Shown here in pieces: positions 10,035-22,300 of a DNA stretch of 64,000 nucleotides. The DNA is from Chrysemys picta bellii. Lineage: Eukaryota. A program made the translations under genes and the position numbers. The notes beneath the pieces are model-generated. The model saw nothing but the letters and a program-made list of their open reading frames with translations, made no database searches and was not told the DNA's origin. The first letter of the stretch is position 1, and every line of letters begins with the position of its first letter. The DNA lies in contig NC_088804.1 of NCBI RefSeq assembly GCF_011386835.1, forward strand, positions 11,842,001-11,906,000, in the 5' to 3' direction.

Positions 10035-13000
10035 AAAAAAAAAAGGGAAAATGAAAATATCCCATCACATGACCTGGGTTCTAAGGCTTTTTTGGATGGA
10101 TATTCTGCCAATAGAGTGGCTGTCTGAGTGTTTTTTTTTTGAGTCAGCGTGGAGAATATGGTTTCTGTTCCTCTTTCACGTGGTGCACTGTTCTCTGGAG
10201 TGGGAAGTGTGTGTTCTACAATCTTCTAAATGCATTTTCTAAATCCCAAAAGTGTATCAAGGCATCAGAAGGCACAGGATCGATGCAATAAAGCAAAGAG
10301 CATTTGTACAATGGAGTCACAATACTGCACCTCCCAGCATCATCCTCTTGCAAAGTTAGATCCATAAGATTAGTAACAACTAACTATATTGGTTAGTGGT
10401 GTATTTTGTTTTGTTTTAAATAGAGACTGTTTTACAACTATCCATTTATCAACCATTAAAAACAGAGAGCACTGAAAAATTAAGAACATCAAAATCTAAG
10501 AAACTGCTTACTTCAAAATTGAAAAGATCTCTCATCCTATCTCAAAAGGGCAAGGAAAGTGCCTGTGTTTTAGAGTCAGCATGACTTCACAGAACTAAAC
10601 AAAGTAATTTAGACATTAGTTTTTACTGTAAATAGCGTAACATTGGCAGTAATTGTTTGTTTACATCCCACATTGTGTCAATAAATTCAGCAACTGTAAC
10701 TGATACTCAGTGAATTTGATATCAAACTAATTTACATTGTTAGGAAAGCTATGAAAAATACTGTACCTCAGATTTAGTTCTACTACTGATAGCAATATGG
10801 CAGCATAGCTGCTGGGCAGTACACAAATTGCTATTGGTACTGTGTGGTTTTTTTTTAAAAAAGGTTAATAAAATACAAGCAAGATAGAAAATAGGATTAC
10901 AAGCATTTTTTCAAAGTCTTTCTGAGTTAACTGCAGAGCTAAGAAACCAGGAAACTGTGCACGCGCACTCTCTGTGTATACAGAGAAAGCTACAGAAGGA
11001 AATAAGTAGTGCATTCGGCTTCTACCTCTTGGCACTTGGTTTCAATTCTTGTTTAGACCAAAAGGGATGCTAAATTTGGTCTCTTTCTAGTCTCCATTTG
11101 TTATCTGTCACAACCCCCCATGCAGTTTGGCACAATTCAGTTGTGAGAGGCAGAATGTGTTCAAGGGAGCCCTGGACTGGAAAATGAGGGATGTGATGGG
11201 TCAAGATTGAGGTGCAATGGCAGAGCTGTGTGAGGGGAAAACTTGCTAGCACCTGCCTGGCTCTAGCCAGTGAAATCTGTCTCTTTCATTAACACTAAGG
11301 GCTTCTCTGCATGCAGAGTGACAGGTTTAACTAAGTGTTTGGTTTTTAAATTTAGGTAGTTAAACTGATGCAAGAATCTGCATGGACTTGTTTCTGTTTT
11401 AAACAGGCTTATTTCAGTTTAAGTCTATAGCAGGTTTAAACTAAAGCACAATAAGTGTTCACAGAGATGTTTGTATCTGGTTGGCTAAAAATTGTTTGTT
11501 TAAACTGGTGCATGTTTGGGCCCAGATGCGATGTGAATTCAGTATTTATGGTAGAGAATGGGGAAAACATTGTAAAAATGGAACAAGATTAGGGAGAAAT
11601 GAATGGCTTGGATTAAGGAGCACCTGGTAATTAGCGGATTGTGTGGGCCCAGAGGTATCCTTTTGAGCAGAATACTCTTCTCCCTAGGAAGAGAAGCCTA
11701 TTTCTTTAGTGTGGTGTTCGCTTTTGCTTCCATCCCCTCCTTTGCTCTTGCCCCGTTTTACTTCCCTACATGGACAAAGGGCCGAGAAGCTCAGTTATGA
11801 ATCCCACTTTTGAATTACATGAGTCGGGGAGGTAGGAAGGTGAAAAGGGTAGGGTACTGGGATGGGACAATAAAGAGAGAACTCTCTGCTAACAAAGGGG
11901 CTGATGTACATGTTTGTGCAGTGGAAAGAGAAAACCACCACCAAAATTATACAAATTAACTGGCCAAAACTCGAAGACTGAGGGCACAAAGAATGCAGTG
12001 TTGTGTTCCAAACATTACAAATTATTTTCTCCTTTACAGAAGTCTTCACATTTCACTTCCCCTTTTTTTCTTTCTTTATTCTGCCACCACTTTTTGTTCC
12101 TTTGAAAATCAGTGTCCTAATCAGTCTTTTGTCAATCACACTCTTTCTTCATCTGTTCTCCGAAATAGTCACTTCCTTTGTTTTTCCTATGTCTCGCATG
12201 TTTGTTAAAAGCCTTCCTTATTCATTGTATCCAGTCAAGGTAGAGAATTGACTCTGGTATTACCAATGGTACCACGTGAATCTATTCAAAATAACCATAA
12301 TATTCTCTGTTACCGTACACTGTAAATCAGAACTGCCCTAAATGTGGGAAAGGAAGCCTATGACATTAAAAGGGGACCATATTCTTTCTCAAAGTAAAAG
12401 TGATATCCTGTGGATCGCAAACTTGTACTCTACTCAGGAGCTGTTACTCAAGCAAAACTCTTGTTGATTTTAATGGGAATATAGTTGGAGTAAGGATTGT
12501 GAGACTGGATTCCTAAACTTCAATGTCTGATTTTTAATCATAATCCTTAAATGGAGGACTTTGAAAAAGTAAGATTCTTATCTGCCAATTGGATACAGCT
12601 TTTTGTTTTGAAGCCCATCAAGTCGATTGGAAAATGTTTAGCCAGTCCCAGAATGCTTTTCTTTGGCTAGTTTCAGATTTTGAATTCCCATTTCTATTCT
12701 TATTTCCCCCATGGTATCTTAATGACTATCTTAGAGTGGCATGCAATGCGGGCGCATGCTACTGATGCAGGCATGCTACTACGACATTAACAGGCTTGGA
12801 AAAAGAAAAGGAGGGGGAAAAAAAAGCTTTAGCTTAGTTTTACAAAGATATTATGCAAAAATCCATTGAGCAGCACTAACTCACAGACGGATTACAAACT
12901 AAATTGTGCTATATATTAGTATAAAAACATGTTTTAGTAAGAATGGCACTGGTTCAAAAGGAATAAGGACTTCCATCTTGGTTCCTTTCGGTCCACAGTG

Positions 13001-13290
13001 AAAGCGTTGAGATACAGCCCTGCCCTGTTGCCTGACCAACTTGTGACAATGGTTTTACTAGTCCCAACCCACACAATTTCTTCCCTTTATATCCTCCGAT
13101 GCTGGTACATTTTGAAGGAACTTGAAAGCCAGTTGAGTTGTGTGTGTGGGGGGCGGGGGGGAAGGGGGTAGCCTGGGTCAGGTCTAGTCATCTTTCCTAA
13201 CGTGGCACCAGAAAAGTTCTTTCCCATCCTCTGATATAGGTCATAAATTGAAACTTTCCTCTTCTAATCTTCTGTCTACGCTGGTCAGTT
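9982..13290 (-). other. SMPD3: Probable SMPD3 3'UTR (~3.3 kb)
   Basis: Contiguous with the stop codon, nearly repeat-free and AU-rich, ending in two minus-strand AATAAA hexamers. The 3' end is inferred; there is no transcript evidence. Confidence 0.55.
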
Positions 13291-13392
13291 TTAAGAATCC
13301 TCTTCCCCTGTAGATACCATCAGACGCATAGCGACTGGCAGGTGGTCTGTCAAACCTGCTAACTGTGTAATAAAGTTGAACTCTTCCACTTC
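13291..13392 (-). CDS. SMPD3: SMPD3 last coding exon segment (exon 9 equivalent), including the TAA stop
   Basis: ccttttgttcctttgcag|GAAGTGGAAGAG...GATTCTTAA; encodes [33 protein letters not shown]. Confidence 0.96.
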   Translation of the reverse strand, partial: EVEEFNFITQLAGLTDHLPVAMRLMVSTGEEDS

Positions 13393-16300
13393 CTGCAAAG
13401 GAACAAAAGGGGAGTGCAAAAATCAATGCAGGGTATTAAAAATGCACCAGGTTTAGATTTCCTACATCTCCTCCCAGTTTACTTTCTTAAGCCCCAAACC
13501 TGTCTCCCTGCTTCCATGGATGTAGAGGGCCCAAAGACAGTGGCTCCACTGTGCTAGAGGTGGAATAAGCTGCCACAGAAAGCTCCAGGGGAGAGTGTAA
13601 TCAGTGCTCTGGGGGTGGGGTTCTGTCTGCTGGAGTGCAAAGGTTACACCTGTAACATATATACACCTACTGGATGAGACAGGTATCCCGTTTGGGGAAA
13701 AATAGCATGTGCTCATGTAATTCAAGACTGTCATAATGCATATGCATGACGTGGCTGAATTTAAGGCTGTAGAGACAACCTTAATTTTGGCATTTCCTAA
13801 CTCTTGTGTGCTTAGCAACCTCAACCTTCTTTAATGTAACGTGTTTTTTTTTTAAGGACACAGGAAAACAGGAAAAAACAAATTCGGTCATGTGTAACCA
13901 TATTGATATCAGCAGGGTTAGAACTTTTAATCTATGTCACAGACCTCTGCTATTTGAGGAACGCTTGTTAGCACTAGTAAGTTGACAAACTCTTTGGCCA
14001 GCCACTAGAGGGAGATATGGCACACATTTTGCCAGTGGGCATCAAAGCTATTTGCTAGCCCTAGAAGAATACTGAGACTCAGGAATCCTGTTTTCAATCC
14101 CAGATTTGGAGGAGTGTACTCTAGTTTATTACAGAGCCTTCTGCCACTTGGCCTTCCAGTCTGTCCTTGTCCCAGTCCTCATCCCAGGCTCTCCCCTCTG
14201 AATTCAGGTCAAGCTGATTCCTTCTCCTCTTCTGTGCTACAACTGGACTTCAACAGCAGGAGCATTTTGATATTCAGAGCACAGGAGACAGTCTCCCTGT
14301 TCCCAGTTCTGGACCCGCGTCACAATGGTCCCCAGCAGCCAAGAGGAACAATAGCAGGGAAAGTCCTGCTCAGTCCCCACAGCCCTTGGGTGGTGCATGC
14401 CCAGTGCAGACAGAACCTTCAGACAGTTTAGCTGCCAAACTTTAATGAGTCTGTGAGCATCTGTGAACTGAGACTTTCAGAGGCTCATAATTTGGATAGC
14501 TGTTCACAGGGATGGCAAAAGGCACACCCCTGACCCTAACAAGACTTCCCCCGCACGGTCAAATTACAAACTCCTGCATCAAAGCATGGAGGAGCTAGCG
14601 CTTGTCAATAAAATGGCTATGCAAATCCTTTAACCTGGACAAAACAAAGTATGTTTTCCCCTAACCTCAATCTCAGAAAGAGATGAACTTTGAATTCTTT
14701 TGGGGGAAAAAAAAATCAGGCTGACATCTGGCACAGAAAATTTCAGCCCAAATTGACTGAAGTTAGGCAAAAGTATAAGTACCAAAAACGTGGTCTTCTA
14801 TTGGGAAGTGCTGGAGCAACTTTAACTACTGAGGTCTCCAGGGATGCCCCCACAATTTTTCCCCATGCTATGCACCATCTCTCCCTGTGGAGCCATCCCC
14901 AATGCAGCTGCTGATCCCAGTGCTTCATCCACCAAATCTGTGCCACACTCAGCCCCCACCTTGCAGCCCGGCCTGCCCAGGTGCAGTGTCACTTCCCATC
15001 TCTGAGGAGGGACACAGGCTTCTGGAAGAAGGGCGAGGGTGGGCAGACTCCTTGTGTGGCAGGGAGCCCTAGTGAAGGAGCTGGCCCCAAAGCAGCAGTG
15101 TTGGTCACCCCTTTCCCACTCAGGTTTGGCTCCATTGCCCCTCTCTCATGATGGGGCAAATGAGGCGGTACAGCTGGGCCAAACTGGTGTTGCGACCTGC
15201 TGCACAAGGCGTCACCACACACTCAGGTTTGGCCCCAAAGCCCCTACATTACGTGTACAGGGTCATAATGCCACTCAATTTTTAGCCCCTCCATCGTGAC
15301 AAAGGAGCCATAGGCTAAAATCTGAGGAGTGTTGCAACCCCTGTGCACTGTGGTCCCAATGCTGCTCACTTAATTTTGGCCACAAAGACATAATTGAAGG
15401 GCTGCCAGGCCAAACCTGAGTGGGCAGCGGGGCTATCAGTGACCCTCCTCCTCACCACTGCCAATGGTACACACTATGCATACGGCTGCAGGCATCATAG
15501 GATGCCACTATCTGCACCAATTATATAATTTCACAAAAAACTACATGCAGACTTATTTTGGATCCCTTGTGTGCATGTATTATGATAATATTTAAGTACG
15601 TGATCACATTTTTTTTTTCCCTTCTGCCTCACTCAGTGGCCTTATAATGAGACATTTCGGGCAGCCTTAAGAATCGGCAGCTTTATCAACTCTGCATATA
15701 GTATCACATAGCAGATTTAAAATTACTTTGAGGATCTCCCAGACTCACCGTGTATTTGTTTTATCATTATATCATGTTACACTGGCCAGGATATTCTATA
15801 AGGTTTTACAAAAAGTTCAAAAACTGGTGACCATCAAATGAAAAACTAGAGAGTAATGCTAGAGGGCATAAGAAAAAGCACCTTCTGCCCCCCCAAAATT
15901 ACCCCTGCCAAATTTAAGGCTGGAGGGAAAAAAATTCCCATTTTTATTTTGTAACATCCTTCTACTTTCCAAGAATCCGGATGCAGTATTATCTGTATTA
16001 CTGTAGCTAATAATACTACCACCCTAGAGGCCCCTACCAAGACTGAATTCCATTATGCTAGTCACTATATAAACATGAAGTAAGGTAGAGTAGAGGATGT
16101 ACTCACTGGTGCTATGTATAATTATAATTAATAAAGATATCCCATCTCCTAGACCTGGAAGGGACCTTGACAGGTCATCGAGTCCAGCCCCCTGTCTTCA
16201 CTAGCAGGACCAAGTACTGATTTTGCCCCAGATCTCCAAGTGGCCCCCTCAAGGGCTGAACTCACAACCCTGGGTTTAGCAGGCCAATGCTCAAACCACT

Positions 16301-19300
16301 GAGCTATCCCTCCCCCCAGGATATGTGAGATATTAGAATCAAACCCATTTGAACTGAGCCTATTTTTGAGATCTGATGCGTTCTTGAACAGAGCCCATGC
16401 TCATGGAAGTTTGGCAAACATTATCTTAGGTTGCTTAAACACTTGAGTAGCCGGTTAACCTCTTTACTCCACCCCACCTCAAAGGCACCGTCTCTTACTT
16501 CCAAGAAGTCCCAGACTGCCCAGGACAGAAGCAGGAGAGAGGGTCTGAATGGTGAGTTCCCTTTGGAGATGCGAGTTTGAATTTAGCCCTATGAGCAAAT
16601 CTGCAGGGCCTTGTGTGCCATCCAAGCACTTTACATTCTGAGTTACAGTTCACTTCACTGTAGAACTCACCACTTTCCATTCCAGGTAGACACCCTCTTC
16701 TGTGTAAAGCATGTAGTCAATCCTCCTCCCACTGCCTTTTAGTGATGCCTTCCTCCCCTTTTGACTTGAAGAATGGTTCTTGCTGGTGGGATAGACTAGG
16801 TATCCTTTCCTCCCTTCTTCGCTTTCCAGCACCCTGGTTTACAAAAAACACAAGCCTGTTAAATATCTCCCAGCTCTACCCCTGTGAGTAGAATAAGCTA
16901 TCAGCAGTATTTTTATTGCAGCCCCTCCCCCATCCCCCCCCCCCCACACATTGTGCTATCCGGAGGCGTCTACAGTGTAACCAGTAGCGGAGTGAAATCC
17001 ATTGTTTCAGGCATGCATTTTACAGCATAAGGTTATATTAATCTGCAGCTGACTGAGGGGACAGTTCTGCTTGGACGTTCTCACAATGAGTCTCAATACT
17101 GATATTCCACTATGTGTGTGGATCTGACCCTGATGTCAATAGGAGTTTTGCATTGGGAAGGAAAATAGAATATTGGCATAAAGATCCACCATGTGAATTT
17201 TGTATATGCAATTACTGCATTTGCAGATACCTGCAGCAACACCATATGCAGGCAATCAAACTTAACTGGTCATCAGCATGTGCAATCATAGAAATTTTGA
17301 GTGTTAATTTAGGCATGCAGATATGTACACCCTTTTGTGCAGGCACTCTTATGAAAATCTGGGCTAAAATGTTGAATGTAGTTGAAAATGATTTATTTTA
17401 CTTACCTGCCAGAACCTGAGCTCAGAGGTCTGTGGTTTCCCTTGTAAAAGTTGATTACATCTTAAAGCTACATCATCAACTGTTGCAGCAGAAACACTGA
17501 GCCATGAACTTGGGTCCTAGCAGGTACAAAGCCTTTAAATTCATCTTGATAAAAAAATGACATTTTGATGTCCTGGCTTTTTAAAATGATCATGAAAGGA
17601 TTAAATGGGGTGTGTGTGTGTGTTAAAGGGTGACAAGCACAGGACTCTTATGAAATGATTTGAAGTTAGGAAGAGAAATAGTCCCTGGTTTTATCATCAT
17701 CTCTCAAAATTCCATCCTTCAAAAGAATCTGACCTGGGACAAGGCAAGAACTGCAACACTTAAGAGGACTGTTTTAGTTTTTTGGCGAATTGGGAGTAAA
17801 TGCAAATTATAATTGACTAAAGTTGATTCTTATAAGAAGCACTTTACCCACCTTTACAAGATGATAATCCACCATAACATGTTATGGTTGGCTATTAAGT
17901 CTATGGAAAAGAAATGTATTGCAGTTCATTTGTTTCCTCTGATTAATTTAAATATGAATGTTCTGATAGTTATCTAAGCCCAGACAGATTATTTTTAATA
18001 ACCATCTTATAAAGGGAAATTTTCTTTCATATAGGATGTTTCAAATTTGGATGGTCATGTGATTAATTGTGTTAAATTAGCTTACTAGAACACGCTGATT
18101 CCGTGAAATGGAGAGTCAGACTGTTCATTCTACAGCTTGTTCCTGAAAACGGTGCTCATTTTCTTGAATCTAAATGAGACTTTCAGAAAGATCTGGCTCT
18201 AATCAAGCTGACCTCCATTGAAAAGCAGCAGCCCACACAGACTCGGTAAGTGAAAATTAAACAACAAAGTTGAGCAAAAGCTGCGCAGAACTGGACAAAT
18301 ACTGCAACAAAAACCCAAACCCCACAATTTTCATCTGTGCAGTCACTTCATTTAAAAGATGACTTTGCTTGAGCTGCACTTGCACCCCTTTTACATTCAC
18401 TTCCTGTGCCCATTTCAGCGATGGAGTCATCTACCCAAGTGTTTATGGAAAAGGAATTTTCATCTCAAATACTCCAGGACAATGAATTTTAAATTTTCAT
18501 GCACCTGTATTCTCAGTAAAATTCAGATCACTTATATGGGAGGGGCTGCTGCTTGACACAGCAGGTGCAGAAGGTGTATGCCATGCCACAGAAGTAGCAC
18601 ATACTTACTCCATGTGAATGTAATAAGTTATGCCTGGCCAATATGATATACACATTATAGGGCTAATGCCTCAGATAAGACCTAGGACACAGAAAGGGTT
18701 TAAAAAAACCTTGAGAGATTTAATACCCCCAGGTGGCTTTTTTTAAAACCTTCCTGCCTATTACAAAAGTTATGACTCCTCCAATTAGAGCATGGAAACA
18801 ATACCATGTGACTATAGGGGCCAATCACAGCTAATCAGCACAGCTCATTTTTAATATTGAATATCAGACTGTCTGATGACTCCACACCTGCAAAAAGTAT
18901 GATACATGAGTGAGAGAATGTGATCTGGTGTCTGACATTCTGGAGTCAATTTCACTCCACCTGCACAAAGCTTGGGTAAGCCATCCCACAACCCAGGGGG
19001 GCAGGAAATTGTGCAGGCCCCACAGCCTTTCTGCTGCTGTTCCAGCTTGTGGCATGGAATTGTGGGCCACACTCTCTCCACACAGATTGCTTTGGGGCCA
19101 CTGAATCTTCATAAATGTAGATCTGAATCTCATCTCTTGACTGGTCCCTAATGGGGCCTTCTGTGCTGGACTATGGAGACCTTGTTCCAGTATAGAGTCC
19201 TGGTACTTCTGTACAACCAGTGAATACTCCACACCCCACCGACCTTGTGTGGTGCTTAAATGATGCAGATGGCCTCGTGTTGGCCCTCTGCATCAGGGTA

Positions 19301-22300
19301 AATTTCACCTTCTGTGAGAAGAAATTACTTGCCCTAAATTAAAAGCTCAGCTTTACAGCTAAGGCTCCTTCAAAATGCAAGTGTGTTTACATTGAACCAT
19401 TGTTCAGAGGTGGAGTCCAAGTTGTAAAAGATCAATATCTACCTTATTAACTTGTCCCAGATTTACAGAAAAATGAGTTAATAAACAGCTTGCTCACTAT
19501 TGATGCTTATTATATTCTGCTAATCAGGGGGTCAAGCTTTCTTCTAGCTTGTATGATAGTTCCCATTACTTATCCTTTTAATAAGGGACAAGTCTGTGCT
19601 GTACCTTTATTGACTCATCTAAAGCAATTAATGTGATTTTATTAATAGACTGTAGGAGATTGGTATTGACTCTGATTTGCTGAACCGTTTCCCAGAGCTA
19701 CCTATGCCAATATAAACAGTTTGTTAAATTGGATGGGTTTATGTCAAAGCCAAATTTTACTACTGAAGGATTTCTGCAAGCATCTATTTTAAGCCCAATC
19801 TGGTTTGCCATCTACATTAACAATATAAGTCGGACAGCTGGAAGCTCCTCTCCATCTTTATGCTGATGATACCATTTTAGATTCTCTATGCACTTCACCT
19901 CTATATCAGTTATGAATGAGCTTTGATTTGGTTTTTAAAAGCATTTTAATTAACTTTTACAATCTAAAATCATTAATGTAATGTGGACTCTAAAATTACA
20001 GATAAATGTTGTTCTAAATAATACCTGCAAATCACTGGCCAAGGCCTGAATTCAAGTTCCAATGGTTCCCTCCTATAGGGGATGGCCTCTCTAAAGCCTT
20101 AAATCACTTTCAGAAAAGCTATGAATGAAAATCCCTGTCCTCCTTTAAGGCCTGATTAAAAGTCCATTCAAGTCAATGGAAAGATTCCCATGGACTGCAG
20201 TAGGCTTTGGATGAGGACTTCAGAGGGTGAGGGAATTGCTAAGTCTTCCAGGAGAAGAGGAGCCCCGATGCTAATCTTAGCAGGTAAAGCTTTCATTTAA
20301 TCCTGTAACAAAACTCCTGAACACCTTTTTTCAGTCATACTTTATATTACGGTTGCACATAAAATAATTTCTAAATAGTTAATAAATGACAGAAGTTTGA
20401 ATAAATGGCTAATAAATTAAGAGTTCAGTGGATTGCTCATAGCCATCTATACTATTCACTTATTCATGTATGTAACTAAATATTAATCCTTTATAAACCA
20501 TTTATCAATGTGACCCATGTTTATTACTAAATTCAAATAGCTCCTTTTTTATGGTTGGGTTTTTTGTATATTTGTTTTTTATTTTAATAGGAACAGTAAA
20601 TCTGTTAAATGACAAATTGTCCCAAAGGACCCCTTGAAAATTAATCCACAGAAATTTTAGGGCGCTCCAGTTTGTAAATCTCCATGCCTGCACTTGGAGC
20701 CATAAAATGGGGAATCACGTGCACATGCATATTTACAGTTGCAGATTTGCCTGTGCAGGCCAAATAGACCCCTCTTTTACTTGCATAAATGTCTTTAGTA
20801 CAGGATAGTTTTGCATCTTGTACATCTGAATGGATGTGCCTGCAAATGTGCATGTAAGAGAGGGGTCATTTGGCCTGCTCAGGCAAATCTGCAAATGTAA
20901 ATAGATTTGTAGATTTTGGAGGCCTGTTAAAAAGTTTGCCCTTAATAACTGCTCCTGGCTACTTATTAATACGGTGTTCCTAAAACAGGCTACAGCTTGT
21001 AAATTGTTGAATATAGGCTAGACACAGATTTTATCTTTTAAAATCAGTAAGTTCCATACAACTAAATTTTAACTTAGTTGAGTTTCATGACTACCCTTGT
21101 TTCACATATTTAACCCAGTACCTATTCAGACAACCTTATTATCACCGTAGTATATTTCATTTATAGACTTCCAGAAATACCGTAGAAAGTACCGGTAAGT
21201 ATGTTTTGATACATGTAGCAGTTGGATCTTCTATACTTATTATGATTTATACAATCTACTAATGAAGACAAGATGGCCAAAGGACAAGCATGTGCTTGTC
21301 TGTTAAAGATGTTGCTCAGCAAAGTACTAAACTAGCATCAGAATTGCTTCAACAGTATATTATCTAAGCATAGGCCTCGTATAGTCCTTAAAGAAATGTC
21401 TCCTAAGGTTTCGTCAGCCTTTGGTAAGTGGTCTTTTGCAGCAGTGAGTTGGAACATGCCCAAGACACACAGCTAAATCAAACATATCATGAAAATAAAC
21501 TGCAAGTACAGGCCAGTACTGTTGGCTGATACTCCGCTTTTCTTTTTCCCATGGCATGTTTGATGTGATGATCATTTCCCCCCTCTCCCCCATTCATGGT
21601 TTATGTACAATGAACTATGGGAGCTTTCTACTACTATGACAGAATCTACAGAACCTCATAGGGTTAGTCTGGGTTGAGTTTTAGTTCTTGGGCCAGTTAT
21701 TTTATTCAACTAGTTCCCTCATTGTTAGTACCAAGTCTGCTGGACTGGTCAGCTGTGGAGAGATCTTCAAACAGGCTGTGCTATGCCCAGTCTGGTAGCA
21801 TTCAAAACTTGGTTTTATTGTCCTGTTCCTACAAACTGAATGTATACATAGGTGTGAATTCATTGAATATTAACCAGCTTTGAATTTTGTAGTGCATGCC
21901 TCTTTTGATAATATGGTTAATAGCCACAGGGTTTGGAGTCATGATCCAAACTTGCCCAAAATTCAAGGTTGGTTAGACCCAGAGTTTACTTTGTTTCTAC
22001 CCCTCCTCCACAGCCATTTTATTTTTTTTAAATGTTTTGGTGTAAATCTAGTGCTGGTTAAAGATGTCAAAGTGACATCTCTAGAATCTGAAGTTTTTCA
22101 CTTGGCCATAAGACAGCATGACTCCCCTATCTGGCTTGGGCAGTAATACTATAGTGCTTTAGCCTTTTATTATCTACACATATTTACATCATGCCACATT
22201 CACAGTATTCCTGCAGGTCAGGCGGGACCACCTCTAGAGATGCAAAGTCAGTACAGTGTCTAGAGTTAATTAAATCCTTAGTACCTCTGCTGCTATTGCC

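Noticed and set aside
16230-16317. A tRNA gene
   Set aside because: A and B boxes are present, but the sequence continues into a CR1-like tail and lacks a complete cloverleaf, so it is a SINE.
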